Positions 11,435 through 25,250 of a stretch of DNA of 64,000 nt are shown here, in pieces (position 1 is the stretch's first letter; every line of letters begins with the position of its first letter). The notes below the pieces were generated by a model. That model saw only the letters and a program-made list of their open reading frames with translations, searched no databases and was not told where the DNA came from. The DNA is taken from the NCBI GenBank assembly GCA_973895155.1, contig OZ316894.1:11215892-11279891 (forward strand). The letters are read 5' to 3'. The position numbers were made by a program, and so were the translations under genes. The stretch comes from Marsupella aquatica. Lineage: Eukaryota > Plantae > Marchantiophyta.

Positions 11435-13745
11435 GCAAGGATATCTATCAGTCACCCACCTGTCCGAAACATTCCTGCACAATGCTGTTCTCAGATTAAC
11501 ACAGGTCACAAACTAAACACAGCATTCACCTAGACGATGTCGTCGAATCCGGTACGACTAGAAAAATGGATGCGCGAGTTTCGAAACCACTCAGCCAGAA
11601 TAGATAATGTCAATATTGGTTCCCCAGGACTGAAATAATTGTCTGAGGATCCGTTGGAAGCCAGTAAGAGATCACGACAACGAGAACCGTCGGGATGTCT
11701 TGAATCAGTCCGTTCGGACCAAAAAAGCCTGAGACAATTCGTGCTGTGCCCTTATTACCCGAATCCGTAACAGCGTACCTTGAATCTAAAGGGACATATT
11801 ACATGGATGGAAGCCATTAGTTCAAATATAGGCTTGCCAGACACCTCGCGGAATACCGAATTATGCCTCAGAAAAGGCGTGGGCTCAGGGTAACGGCGGC
11901 GCGTGGCGGTACAACAAAGTGAGGTCACCGCCCAACAAATATCAAAAAATTGGAGGAAGAGATCCAGAGCATTTTACTTCATTCTTCCCGCATAGCTCTC
12001 ATCCACAACTTAGGTGAAAATATTGAAGTCTCCCGAATTTCATAGCAATTTCAATTATAGAATGTTACCTACGTTTCTACATAACTTCTTTCGCTTGACA
12101 AAGAGACACAGTTTAACAGTCTTCCGTGGACACCATGCGGCGTAGTTTGATTGGGCTTCTTTCCTTTAGTCAGTAACATCACACAGTGCACAGGTAATGT
12201 GGATAAGAAGGTAAATGAACGATGAGGTCCGCGCGATGTCAACCGTCAAAATTGGCAAATGCTTTTCTATCGACGAGCTCGATGGAACCTGGTCCTGAAT
12301 AATCGACGAGATAACGAAATTCCACAAGATCCGTGTAAACCGGCAACTTGCATGTTTTGAATCTGAGTCAGAATGGACCACTGTATAATGGAGTCGGACG
12401 AAACCGCCATGAATCGAAGTTTCCCGACGAATTGAGTATCAGTATGGACGTGTGGAGCTGTCCTAGCAAATGCTAATTTGTATCTCTGTGGAGGAAACGA
12501 GTAACGATTTGGTAATCTGCCTGTTCAGCTCAGAAACGAGACTAAGCAAGGGACTAGAGGGAGAGAACGGACCTGCATCCGGAGATCATGTTCTCTCGCG
12601 GCGTACGGTCTCCATCGATGACCTTCTCCGTCCATTCTTTCCTCCTCCATTGCCGCTGCTGTGCAGTACTTCCAATTCTCGTCCTCTCAGATACCTCCTT
12701 TCCCCTCGCCACCACCTCGCCAACAGATAATCAAATGCAACCAGTCTCCTCCTCTTACATCTCTAGGAAGCAGGGCTCTCCCCTTCCCACCTCTTCTCAT
12801 CTCTCTGCGGCCAGCTTCTCCCGATCCAGGACCTCAAGCAAGCATCGTCACAAACAGCGAGCTGAACGCACTCCACACGCCAATCTAGAGGCATTCTTCT
12901 CATCTCCTACTCCTCCCAGAACGAACCCATCGTACGAACGCCTTCTACTTGGGCCTCCCATCCCGCCATTTTCCCAACTCGAGAAACCCAAAGCAATCAG
13001 AGGAGAGAAGAACCGACCGAGATGAAAAGGACTTCTACGATCCAAACAAACATCCTTCTCCCTATCGCCGCCCCTGCAGATATTCCACAGCGGTAAAGCG
13101 TCTAAGCAGCAGCCGCAGTGGGTGATTTTCAGGTTACCACAGAAGAAAAGAAGACAGGAACCACTCGCCTAAATTATTCAACGGATCGGCCACTATGGTC
13201 CAAACAGAGAAGCGAATCGAAAGAGCATCGTCGACTGGGACTGCCTGATGAGAGGCGCTGATTGATGAGGACCCCATAATGATTGCTCACCCAGTCTTTT
13301 ACCCTGCTCATCATCATCCATTCATCCTCTTCTTCTTCTCCCTTCTTTTCCTTGAAATGGGCACTTTCCTCCGCAGTAAAGAGTCAAACATTTGGCGATC
13401 ATCTTTCTGTCGCGGGCACCTGCGCCTTCTGCTGCTGCTGCTCCTGCTGCTGCAGTTTGTTGTTGCAGGAGCCTGTTGATCACTCCTGCCACCATAGCTG
13501 CTGCGGATCAGGCTGAGACGAGGGCAGAACTGCACCTCCCGATTGTCTCACGCGCCTTTTTATCTCTCGCCCTTTCTCCATATCGAGATTGCGGACATGT
13601 CGATTGCTTGATTAATTATTCGCACCTCGTGAGGGCGTCATCGTGATGACAGGAGAGACGCCTCAGCGAGCTGAGAGAAGAAGGATTCGCGGACGGTGGG
13701 GCGACGGCGCACCGTGAGTTAAATCTACAATCTACAACGCGTTTA

Positions 13746-14789
13746 GAGTATTATGGGCAATAATAGCCCCAACAGACTTGAGTTGAAGCTCTCCTTTTTA
13801 GTGACCTCTATCTACACTATTCCAAGATAATAATTCACTCTAAAAATGAGTTTAGAGTAGTTATTCCTCTGCACCGTCGACTGCACATTAATGCTCCCCC
13901 GTTTTCCTGGGGCTCGGTACAATGCCCGTCTCAGTCACCGAGATTGTTGCCCCTTCTTGTATGAGTTTACCAAATCATAAACCAAGAGTCTATTATTTTG
14001 TCATCCCTTCCTGTCTATCAACTTTGAGTCATAGATTTTGGGTTTATGTTTTGGCACATTTCACTTGTTGTTGTCTATTCCGGCTCTATCTACTTTGTGT
14101 CATCAACTTTGTCTTTGTGGAGTCTTGGTTTATGTTCTTATAACACTTAATTCCAACGGAATCAAGTTGTTTGTAACAAAGTCTAAGTGTTATAGAGCCT
14201 AGTACTTTGGTTAAGAGTCAATATTGATAGAGTATTGGTTAATGTTTTGCCAAATGTTTCTTCTCTATGGAATCTTGATTTATGTTTTGGCAAGGCTTCT
14301 TTCCAATGGATTCATGCCTATTTAGTGATAAATGAGTCTAAGTGTTCAGGTAAAGCCTAGTACTTTGGATAAGAGTTAATCATGATTAATGATAGAGTGT
14401 TGGTTTATTTTCTAGTAAACTCGGGTTGGAGTGGGCAGAAGCATTGGGATGGGCCAGGCGACAACAAGTGACGAGTGTCAAAATATAAACCTGAAGTCGA
14501 TGGCACAAAGTTGATCAGGTCGGAACGGATGACAAAAATGGTAGAGTCTTGGGTCATTTTGGCAAACTCAGACCGTAGCGGGCAGCAACATTGGGGACTG
14601 GGATGGGCAATGTACGGGCCCCAGGGAAAATGGGTGAACATTTATGTGCGGTCAATGGTGCAGAGGAATAACGCATACTCTAAACTCATTCTTTGAGTGA
14701 ATTATTATCTTGGAATACTGTAGATAGAGGTCACTAAAAACAAGAGCTTCAACTCAAGTCTTTTGGGGCTATTATTGCCCATAATACTC
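13746..14789. mobile_element. Non-autonomous DNA transposon with ~200-bp terminal inverted repeats (MITE/foldback); TTA flanks suggest PIF/Harbinger
   Basis: 13746-~13950 (GAGTATTATGGGCAATAATAGCCCCAA...) is the reverse complement of ~14580-14789 (...TTGGGGCTATTATTGCCCATAATACTC). TTA at 13743-13745 and 14790-14792. No transposase ORF. Confidence 0.85.
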
Positions 14790-15269
14790 TTAAAACAGTA
14801 CCTTAGTACTCTTGAAGCCTGAGAGATTTTTGTTTTTTCTACCTTCAATAAAAGCATAGAAGAATCTTCCTAAAGAGATGATCCAGAACCTGACAGGGCC
14901 ACTATGCACCAAGAATGCAGTGGAAAATACAAAGGGATGGCCAATATGCACCAGGAATGCCCTAAAATATACAAAGGGGAAAAAATATGAAGGACATGGT
15001 AGCCATATACATACCTGGGATTTAGCATATTCACCAAGAATGCCTTGAAAAATACAAAGGGAAAAATCAGAACGGCATGATAACCATATACAAATCTCAG
15101 ATTTATATTCACCATTGTGAAATATAAATTGATGATGTGATAGATCATGTTTTGCCCAAATGCAATTTGAATCAATTGCTTCCCTAAATAGACCTCTTCT
15201 ACCATCATCTGCCATAATCCTCACCATCCTAAGTTTGTCACCATGAAGAGAGCAAGACATTGCAGAACA

Positions 15270-16390
15270 CAAATGGGACTAATGTAATTTTTGAAACTGC
15301 TATATGGTGAATTCACCTTTCAGATTTTGTCTTATTCAGAGTTTTGGTGTCAGATATTTTTATTTCAATGTGCTTTATCAAGGGGCAGCCTATGTATCAT
15401 ATACATTTTTAATTATTTTATGGACCCCTTTAATTTTTTAGGATTCTAAAGTATTTTTGAACTTATTTTGGCAGCCCCCTTATAAATTTCAATGTTTGTG
15501 AACCCCTTTAATTTTTAGGATTCTAAAGTATTTTGAACTTATTTTGGCAGCCCCCTTATAAATTTCAATATTTGTGATTTATTAGAGATGAAATGAATGG
15601 GTACACCACTTGAACATTCTCATTAATGACAGAAATGATTATGATTGTGTCTTAAGTTCTTCACATGTCTTTCTTTATTAAGTTTATGGTTTTTATTGAA
15701 ATGAATGTCATTCATGAGGACATTGAATTAAGTGCACACATAGTAGCATCCTTGATTGTACTTTTCATTGGTCACTGTTCTCATATTTTATTTATTTTCA
15801 AATCACTAGAAGACAAAAACTCAAACATGTTCCGGGATGAGCATGCTATATATGGGACTGATGACATTTTTGAAGTTGTTATATGGTGAATGCAACTTTC
15901 AGTATTTTGTCTTATTCAAACTTCTTTTGTTATGCATTTTTATTGCAATGTGTCTTACCAAGGTGCATCCCTTGTAAAGTTTAGATTTCCAATTTATTCT
16001 GGCACCCCACTAATTTTTTTAAATCTTTGCTATATTTTAAGATCATCCACCCTATAACAAAGGTGGTTGAATTTCTAGCCCTTATTCTCATGAGTACAGA
16101 AAAAGTGATCTAAATAATGTGCACCGTATGTCTTTAAGTACTACTCATGGTTTTGTGTCCTAAATTTATGGTTTTAATTATTTTATATGTCATTACCTAA
16201 AGTAAGTACATAAGTATCTCTACTCATGTACATTATGTGCACAAGTTTCAATATCATAGACTATATAAGTCTTCCTAGTCAATGTCCTGTTTATATTTTA
16301 ATTAGAACACCTGTATATCACTAAAAAAAATTTAAAATGAAGCATGTTCCAGGATGAGCATGCTATATGGGACTGATGTCAATTTTGCTT
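15270..16390. repeat. AT-rich degenerate repeat (~550-bp units), with an inverted related copy at ~50600-51060
   Basis: atgggact(a/g)atg units at ~15273, 15852 and 16367. The segment tatatggtgaat..ctttcag.attttgtcttattc matches the reverse complement of 51010-51062. Confidence 0.65.
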
Positions 16391-16992
16391 GAGTAGGGAA
16401 CAAATATCCTTAGAATCTCTTGATCTCGGTTGTTCGTGTTATATATACACAGTTGAGATTGAGCTAGAGCAGAAAATTAAACTCTATATGGGAAGTAGGA
16501 CACTAAAGATATCTTACTTGTAAAGTGCGAACAGAAGCATGAGTTGGGGTCTAGGTTTGTAGAGTGAAACCTCTAAACCCTGACTCTACTGTAGGCCCTC
16601 ACCATGTGCATAAAAATATGATGAATAGATCATGCATGTTTTGTCATGATCTGTATTTATATTCAAAAAATGGGCTGTCAAGTTAGACAATAATTACCGT
16701 ATTCAGGTACTGCAAAGGACCCGCTACAGTAATTTGGTATGCAAAGTCCACATTCTCCTGCAGTTTTTATGCATCGTGCACTACAGTCCAACCCTGGAAG
16801 ATGGGCAACGAGAGGGACCAACTTGATGGACCCTTGTGTAGGGTCACGGCAGGAGGAGGTGGGTGCAACCAAGGTGAGTGCTTCCAAGGGCTTGCCTACA
16901 CCGTCTGCATTTTAGCTTTGAATTTTTCCTCTATGCCTACCGGTTAATATTTTGGGGTGTGGCACTGTATTATCTATTTTTGTGATGTGACT

Positions 16993-17234
16993 CCTTCGCC
17001 AGCATTCTAGGGGTTCTGAGTCTCATAGTTGCCAGGCCTGAGTCTCATGTGGAGCTATTTGCTAGCCCATAGCTATGAGCTCTCAGGAATACAGCCCATA
17101 ACCCCATCCAGGCCTTCACCAGCCTTGCTAGGGGTCCCGAGTCTCATAGTTGCCAGGCAGCTGAGTCTCATGCGGGGCTATTTGCTAGCCCATGACTATG
17201 AGCCCTCTGGAATACAGCCCATAATCCCCTCCAG
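16993..17234. repeat. Two-copy ~120-bp tandem duplication
   Basis: ccttc.ccagc.tt.ctagggg..gagtctcatagttgccagg..ggaatacagcccataa.ccc..ccagg occurs twice head-to-tail. Confidence 0.85.
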
Positions 17235-18009
17235 GACGATTACTTCTGTTTTTTTCTCTGTGATTTTTAGGGCATTATTGGAAAAGAATGCAGTCAAGAT
17301 TTGGTTATGAAAGTTCTCATCTACTATCATTAAAATCAGTAAAAACGAAAATCTCTTAGGCCTTTGAGTGTATTAAGTCCTTTTAATCAGAGCATTATGG
17401 GGCAAGAATTTTACACAATGCCCTCTGAACAAGACTATACTACATACATAACCCAGACAGGCTGTACGATGGATTGTCAAGTTGGTGTTTTTTTTAAATC
17501 TAAACATGTGTTTTACGTTTAGTAGGAGCTTTACTATACACCAAATACATCTAAAACTGAAGGCCTCCACCGCCATCAGGTCCAGTCCTGGCACCCACAG
17601 ATTTTCCTCATTTAATTGCACCTTTTGAATCATTTGATTACTCTGATTTGAGCCACTCGCTAGCAGTGTTAGAATGATTCAAAAATGAATATAATCACTT
17701 TAATTTAGATTGTTGAAGATTTGGTATGATAGTAACATGGTGAAGTTCTCCATGTCATACACTTGATTTAGACCATAAATATCTTTCCTTGAATATGGTG
17801 ACAAAGTTTGTAGTTTGATTGAGATCGTGTGGATTATATTTTAATTTTTTTAAGACCATTAATGTCTTTTCTATGTGTATGGCATCATTTTTGGTTTGAC
17901 TGGAATTGTCGATGCTGGGGATTTTTCCTTTGGCCTTCCTCCACTCTCTCCTCTTTTTGTACTTGCCACCTTCTTGTAAAATGGTTTGGATTGGTGTTTG
18001 TTGGAGATA

Positions 18010-18011
<2 letters not shown>

Positions 18012-18060
<49 letters not shown>
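18012..18060. repeat. (CT)n microsatellite
   Basis: About 24 CT units. Confidence 0.97.
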
Positions 18061-18064
<4 letters not shown>

Positions 18065-19111
18065 GCAACATTAATATATTTATTAAGGGATTATTGCAAA
18101 GTACATGAGTGTTTGTACATTAACGAAAGACCCATGGTAGAAAGAAAAGAATATATAGAAGCCAGAACAACAAAAAGGTCAGCTTTTGGGGAAATGAAGT
18201 TGAAAGAGAGAATGAGTAAGAAGAAGGAAACCTTAGAATCTACCCAAAACCATTCCCTGCAAATTGACAAAAACTGTTACTCAATGGTTCAGTGGAGTAC
18301 TTGGCTTCTAGAGGCAGAGAATCAAATATATTTTGAATTACACGCCTTCTTAAAACATTCTAAAATATCACTCCAAACTAAGCTTCTTTTTCTTTTTTCT
18401 TAAAACAATATAAAATATCACTCCAAACTAAAGATCTCTTTGTTGCTGGTAACCATCACTGTTGAGATAATTATGGCCAACTAACTCAATGCACACTCTT
18501 GCTCTTGATCCCCCAACTTTACATGTTTTGGGGTTAATGAACCCACAAAATTGGTGACCAGTCAATAACATATCACCAAACAAAATCATATCACCTTTGA
18601 CTAGGTCATCCTGTTTCCTTTTGCCTTGAACTAGTATGTAGGCCCAGCTCATGTTTTAACTAGAAATAATTATGAACAACGTAAAACCTTTCCTTTCTTC
18701 CATATTAAATCAAAAGGTGTGTTTTTTTTGTGCCCCCAACTTATAAATGAAAGATATATAAAAAAATATTAGTCCCAGCAAGGCATCATTTTCTATTTTC
18801 CTTGGAATGGTTTTTTTTATAAATATGATAGCCGCAAAAAACCCCACTGCAAGGGTGAACAAGCAGCCAGCCAGGGCCAAATAACATCAAAGAGCAGCAG
18901 CCCTAAGGGCACATCACAGAGCAACAGCCCACAGACTGGCCCCAAAGGCAACAGCAGCACCCCTAAAGAGAGAGCTCGCACATAGGCCAACCCACTTCAC
19001 CCCGGGACAGTACCCCGAGACCCCAAATAGCCCAGGCACCACACCACTCCCATATAACAGTGCAAGGCAGCAGAGACCTCATTTGCTATTTTGATGCAGA
19101 GTATATACCAA

Positions 19112-19909
19112 TGTTAGGCTCTGCAAGGCCGGGTGGAAAGGGGCCTTTGTTGGTTAGTCAATTATTTTAGCTATTGTTTCTGTCTCAATTTCATACATTC
19201 AATCATACTCTGTGTCACACTCTTACTTTGGACCCAAATCTTGCCCTCAAAGATTTGTTTAACTCAAGACTCACAAGATGAAATCTCCGAGAAGTTGTTC
19301 TCTTGTGTAGGTAAAAGTAAGTTCAACTCTTGTTCAAACATTCAAGCCCAACTCTTTTGGTGTAGCAGAGCAAGGTAGAGTTGGATTGCACTGACTCGGG
19401 TGCAAAACCCAGGTGCAAAACATTCTTTTGATCTCATAGTCACATGCTAGGATACTCTCAATCTCAATTCTTTTGTGTGCCAGCACTCTTGTGGGCCTCC
19501 CTCTAGCAATTGTGCACCAGCAAACTAGCCTTGAATGGGGCCCACATTATGTAATCAAGGATATGTTAGTCAAATACTACATTCACAATGGCAAGCTCAT
19601 GTTCATCCAACGCACCAGTAGTCGACACACAAAGATATGTGGTTCACCTCAGTTGAGGCTACGTCCACGGGAACACATGAGAGCTTTATTGTACTCTAGG
19701 ACCATCAGTCATACTCATTCTTTGCAATACAAGATCTCTTTATCTCTCAATTGGCTCCGTAACAATGAGCCTGAGTTCCTCCTATCCAAGCAAACACCCT
19801 TTGAGACACAGAGTGTGCAACCTAGTGTAACCTAACCTAGTCTGCGATTAAGGTCAGCCCTAACTACAGTTACAGTTGTAACCCTAGACCTAAGAGGAAA
19901 TGCCTAACA
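19112..19909. mobile_element. Probable solo LTR (~800 bp)
   Basis: Starts TGTTAGGC and ends GCCTAACA (perfect 8-bp inverted termini, TG..CA). The interior (tagtcgacaca..gtggttcacctc..ggctacgtccac..gaacac) recurs at ~62730-62800. No intact TSD. Confidence 0.6.
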
Positions 19910-20979
19910 CGATAAGGGTGCAAAAATATGAAAGACTTTTTAGATTCAATTTTGGTTAATTATGAATTAGAAGTTAAATTTCTGATCTAGAGGTTATATA
20001 AAGTATTATAGAGATTTCAAGGGTGTCAAATATTGGAATTTTTGCACATTCTACAAATAACAAGGTATTTCAAAACTACACAATTCTAAAAATTTATTAC
20101 TAATGTCTAGAGAGGCATGACTTTGTGGTACTTCAAGAAGTTGAGACTCATAGGTTTAGAATTCAAATGTTATGAGACTCATAGGTCTAGAGTCAAATGT
20201 TGTGACTAACTCTTCCTTTTCTGTGGAGTTTTGCAGATTTCTTCTCAAAAAGTTTTTAAAAATGAACAACTAATGTATATGTGTAACTTGTTGGGCTGCA
20301 CACACTTAGTGTATACCAACACTTAGTGTATAACGGGGGTTTACTCTTAGTGGGACCTCCTTTGAGTTTTTTTAAATTTCTTTTTTCCTGCAAATTTTTC
20401 TTGTGCACTGACAAACTGACAGACAGCCTGATTGGTGGTCTAGAGTATCTGCTCAATAAGTAAGAAAGCCATGCCATGACGCATGATATCTGTAATTGGA
20501 AGTACATTGGGCTACTTGTGATTGATCTACACTTTATAGCAACCTGGATCAAAAAGTGGTTTGAAACTAAGTAAATACTTGCCTCCTTTTATCCCCTTAC
20601 AATACTGTAGACCTTCAAGCAATTACTTTGTGGACCTTGTCCTCCACTCTGGTTCATAAGTTAGCAATTCTTAAATTCATTTAGAGAGACAATTCCAATG
20701 AGTAACATCAGCAGATTGTGTCAAATACTAAGAAGATAATTAATGTTTGAATTTCCCTTAACATTTGCCAATGTAGTCAAACACTAAGGGGATCATGAAT
20801 TTCTAGATTTCGCTATTGTTCCTTGAAGGTCTTGCAAAGTCATATGCAACAAACTAATTTGAACTTCTCACTCATCTCTATAACAGCTTAAAGCCATTGT
20901 CAAAAGTCTTTGGTTAAGCCTTTGAGTAATGAAGCTCAAAGTACAAAGCTCTAGACTGACACCTCAATCAATTATTTTG

Positions 20980-22830
20980 TTTTACCTTGCTGTTTGTTAT
21001 TTTGAATTTTTTACTTTTCACTTTTTGATCTCTTTTTTGGTTACTAAGCCTAACTGTTTTTTCTTGCCACTTGGCAAACACAAACAGTCATGTTTGTTTG
21101 TTATTGCAAACATAATTGTTTGTGTTTGTGACCACATGTGCAAATGTGGCAGCATGTGGTGCCTGGGAATCTGGAAGGAACTTCCCATGGGAGTTTGTAA
21201 AGGCAAGTTTCAGGTTGTTTGCATTCTCTCGTTGTCACTTTGGTCTTTGTCTTGATTTTTTATTGAGTTGAATGTTTGAGGCCAGATATCCTAAGGGCCG
21301 AAAGTTCACCGTACTCCCACATAGCCTCCAATACTAATGTCTTTAAGCACTACACTTTTTATGTCTCTATCTACCTTGCAAGTAACTCACTCAAGTAAAA
21401 CAATGTCCCACCAGGCTTGATATGAAGGTAATTTTTCTAGGGATTATGAGATGGCTCTTAGACTTAATATGTCTTTGATTAGTTGACCAAATTTCTTGTC
21501 AACTACCCTTCTCCTCCTCAAAACCAAAGGTAATAGATTATAAATATTACTCACAAAAAGAAGGAATTGTCTGCCTCGTGTGTCAATGCAGAGATCAATG
21601 TGTTAAGTGTTTTCCTAGATTTACTACGTTCCCAGTCTTTCTTGTCAAATTACATACTTTGATGCTCTTTCTACAAGTAGCTAATTACTATGCTGCCACC
21701 CTTTTCCACTTTACGCCAAGCAAATTAGTTTGTGGGCCAGGGCTATGCGTCAATCTTACTAATAAAGCGCTATGCAAAACTAGTTTTGAGGGACTTTGTA
21801 GAGTGAAGCCTCTAGACTCTAATCCCCAATATTTAAGGACAAAACAAATTAGTTTGAAGACCCCTTGGTTATGTGAGCTTGTTTTATTGAACTATTTGGA
21901 GCCATGAAGAGCTGCACATTGGAATAGATAGATGAGAGGATAGAGATTAAAATAATGATTCTAAATGAAATGAATTTTAAAGGTATAGTAGTTTGGACAA
22001 TTTCATTGAAAACAAATAGGAGTACATTCATGGTAATATGGAGGGTAATTCTCCATGCAAAAAGTTCCCCTTAGTACCTCTATGTCTATAAGATACATTT
22101 AACATTCCTTATAGTTCATGCAAAATATTACTTTGTCCATAGTAGTTGAAAGGTTTTAGAGTCCCTTGGTATTCTAATACTTTGTCCATAGTAGTTGAAA
22201 GGTCTTAGTGTCCGTTATTCCTCTACCCAAAGTAGTTGTGGTGTTTCTTACCTTTTGCTTGTTACTCCTCTATCCATAATTAATAGCCAAAGGGTTTCTT
22301 AAGTTACCTTGGTAAATGCATGTTAGAGAAGTTGAAAAGTTTATTTGGTTTCATATGTTACCTTGGTAAATGTTAGAGTAGTTGAATAATTTCTTTTTAC
22401 GTGTCATTATTTCAAAAATATGTAAATTAAATAGAAATTGAAACAGATTATCAGAAAACATTGATATATCAATCACAACTCATCCAAAGACTATTTTGCC
22501 TCACCCCTATTTTACCCATTACTTTGTTTACTTGAAATGTTATTTTTCAGTTTTCTATTGTTTTTACAGTTATGGGGTCTAACTGTTTTTCTTTGCCTTG
22601 ACTCAAACACCAATAATCAAATTTGGTTCTTCTCACATAACTAACTGTTCTTGTTTGTGATAAATTATGCTAATGTGGTTGCACATGCATCCAGGAATTT
22701 TGGAAGGAACTTCCCATGGGGATGTGTAAAGAGTAGAGTGAACTAAAAACATAGATGGGGCAAAAATGAACCAAAAATAGTATAGTCATTTTATTATTGC
22801 ATGATTCTTCATTGTCTTGGTCTCTATTCA
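20980..22830. repeat. Dispersed direct repeat pair (~20980-21250 and ~22520-22830)
   Basis: Both copies contain ctaactgtttt..cttgcc..caaacac..tgtttgtga..aatgtgg..ggaaggaacttcccatggg..tgtaaag. Confidence 0.65.
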
Positions 22831-24771
22831 TATTCAAAGGCTTAGGGGACCATAATCAAATTAGGGTGGGGGTGAAAATGGGGATGGGGGTGGAGTAGTG
22901 TCCGGAGTAGTGCACCGCATTTGAAAATAGGGCTGCTTGTGAAGAGAGTCAATAGAGTAGGGGCTGCATATGAAGAGAGTTGATGGATTAGGGAGACAAC
23001 ATTTGAAATGTCAGGTGCTATCATTGAGGGTAGAGGGCTATGGTGAAACAACTTTGTCAATTACTTGAAGAAGCTTTGGTCAATTGCTCTCAGGTCAAGA
23101 GTCAAATTTTTTTATCCTCATATCTATTCATGTTCAAAGAATGGATGGGCTGGTATTCTTGAATAGGATATAATAAATTGTGTTTCATAAACTAGTTAAT
23201 CAATGCTCTACATAAGGTAGACTAGATTTGATTATGAATAAGTTAAAATAAGTGGGTCTTAGAACCGGCCCAGCTATAATGGGAAGTACCGCAAATCTAG
23301 GAAATTGTAAAAGAAATAAATACTTTACCATCTAAAACAAATATTGTCTTACAAATCAAACATGCATCCAGAATCTACGTATATGTACTATATTGCATGG
23401 TTGAATATATTTATTTTTAATCATCTTCCACGCTTTCAAACCAATTGTATGCCAATAAATTGTTGCATGGCCCTTTATTTTTCTCCATCCATTTCATGAG
23501 TTTGCTTTTTCTTGTATGTTTCCAAAAAACACTCAAGTTTTTTTTTTTTTCTCTTTTAAATTTTTTTTTTAAAAAGAAAACCTGTGAATCCCCACAGAAA
23601 AGTAACAGCCAGTCACAATATTTGAACACCAGACCTGTATGTCTCAAAGGAAGTGAGCTACACACAGTCATGTCTCTCTAGGCAAAAATCACTCAAGCTT
23701 TTATATATATTACTATTGCTATTCTAGTTATGGGAATTGTGAGAATAAAGCCACTCAGAACTTAAGCTCACGCCCTCGTTTTGTGGGGGCATTGCATTTC
23801 ACAGTGCCCTCGAATAAGCCCTCTAATAAGCAGAACATTACCCTATTCATAAGGTTGATCAAATTTTGGGGTTTGGGTTACTCTAATAAATTAATAATAT
23901 TGTGTGGAATGAACCTTCCAGAGTAGTACAGTGGTACTTTACAGAATGGCCAAACTGACTGATGACTGAAAACTACAAGCTTCAGCTTGACGACCCACCT
24001 CACTCACACTGTGTGGAGTGAACCAACCAGAGAATCATGGCGTTGTAAATGGGCACTCCTTATTTTGCAAACGAGAGAAGCGGATTCATCGCCACGGCCG
24101 TCTCCGACACATTGTGTGAGATCATTCTGCAGACGCAGAGACGCAGAGATGAGAGAACGAGAGAGAAATGATTCTCTGAAGTTCTGTACAGCTCGTACAG
24201 TAGTAGCTCTCTAACGGAGCTTCCCGATCGACGACGATAGGCTGTGAGTGGCGTGAGGGAGCGACGCACTCCAGCATTGATGGTGGGTTGGCAGGCCGGT
24301 TTGTTCCACTCCTCTCTCTCGGATGGGATTCCCAACAGGCAGCTGCAATGTGATACAAGTAGCTGACATCAATCGAGAGCTTATTGTTTAGAGTATCTAT
24401 CCTGCCCAGTCCGCTCTCCCACGGCCCAGTCTTCGATTGCGTGGGCGCCTGATTGAGCCTGGCTTCTGTTCGGAGAGCCTCGTCGGTGGAGTTGCCGTTT
24501 TTCCTCGCGCAGGTTTGCCAGAGTGAATTTGTTTGGATGGCCGAATGTTGTCGAGCTTGAGGGGAGAACTCATCGCCCGTGGTTTTACGTAAAGTTTGAA
24601 GGAAGAGGAGAATGAACGCCTGAAAAGTAGACAACAGTATCGAGGCGACCTGGGATGAGTAAACAGATGTAAAAGTGGGGCGAGGGATCGGGCCGCAGAA
24701 CGGGTATGCTGCTTTAGCCGGTTCTCCTTCTCTCACTTACTCTTTGGGAGCGCTCGTTTGATTTCGGTCAA

Positions 24772-25250
24772 TTTGTTCGCAACTAGGTCTAAGCATTTTG
24801 TCTGAGCTCCGAGCAGCAATGTGAGCTCTACTAGCACTCTGTCTCGTTCAGTTTGTTGGCAACCAGATTTTAGCATTTTGTCGAAGCTCCGAGCAGCAAT
24901 GTCAGGTCGGCTAGTATTCTGTCTCGTTAATTTGTTCGCAACTAGGTTGAAGCATTTTGTCGAAGCTCCGAGCAGCAATGTCAGGCCGACTAGTATTCTG
25001 TCTCGTTTAATTTGTTCGCAACTAGGTTGAAGCATTTTGTCGAAGCTCCGAGCAGCAATGTCAGCTCCGCTTGCACTCTGTCTCGTTCAATTTGGTCGCA
25101 ACTAGGTTTAGGCAATTTGTCGAAGCTCCGCCAAGAAATCCATGTTTTACTAACTAACACACTGTGTCGTTCAAATCGTTCGCAACTATGTTTAAGCATT
25201 TGGGCGAAGCTCCGCACATAAATCTTAGCTTTACAATGCACTCTGTCCGC
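24772..25250. repeat. Tandem array of six ~80-bp units upstream of VPS60
   Basis: Units start at ~24772, 24852, 24931, 25011, 25091 and 25175. Consensus tttgttcgcaactaggttgaagcattttgtcgaagctccgagcagcaatgtcag.....ctag.a.tctgtctcgttcaa. Confidence 0.92.

Noticed and set aside
24772-25250. CRISPR-like array
   Set aside because: The variable part is only ~9 nt and homologous between units, there are no cas genes, and the context is eukaryotic.
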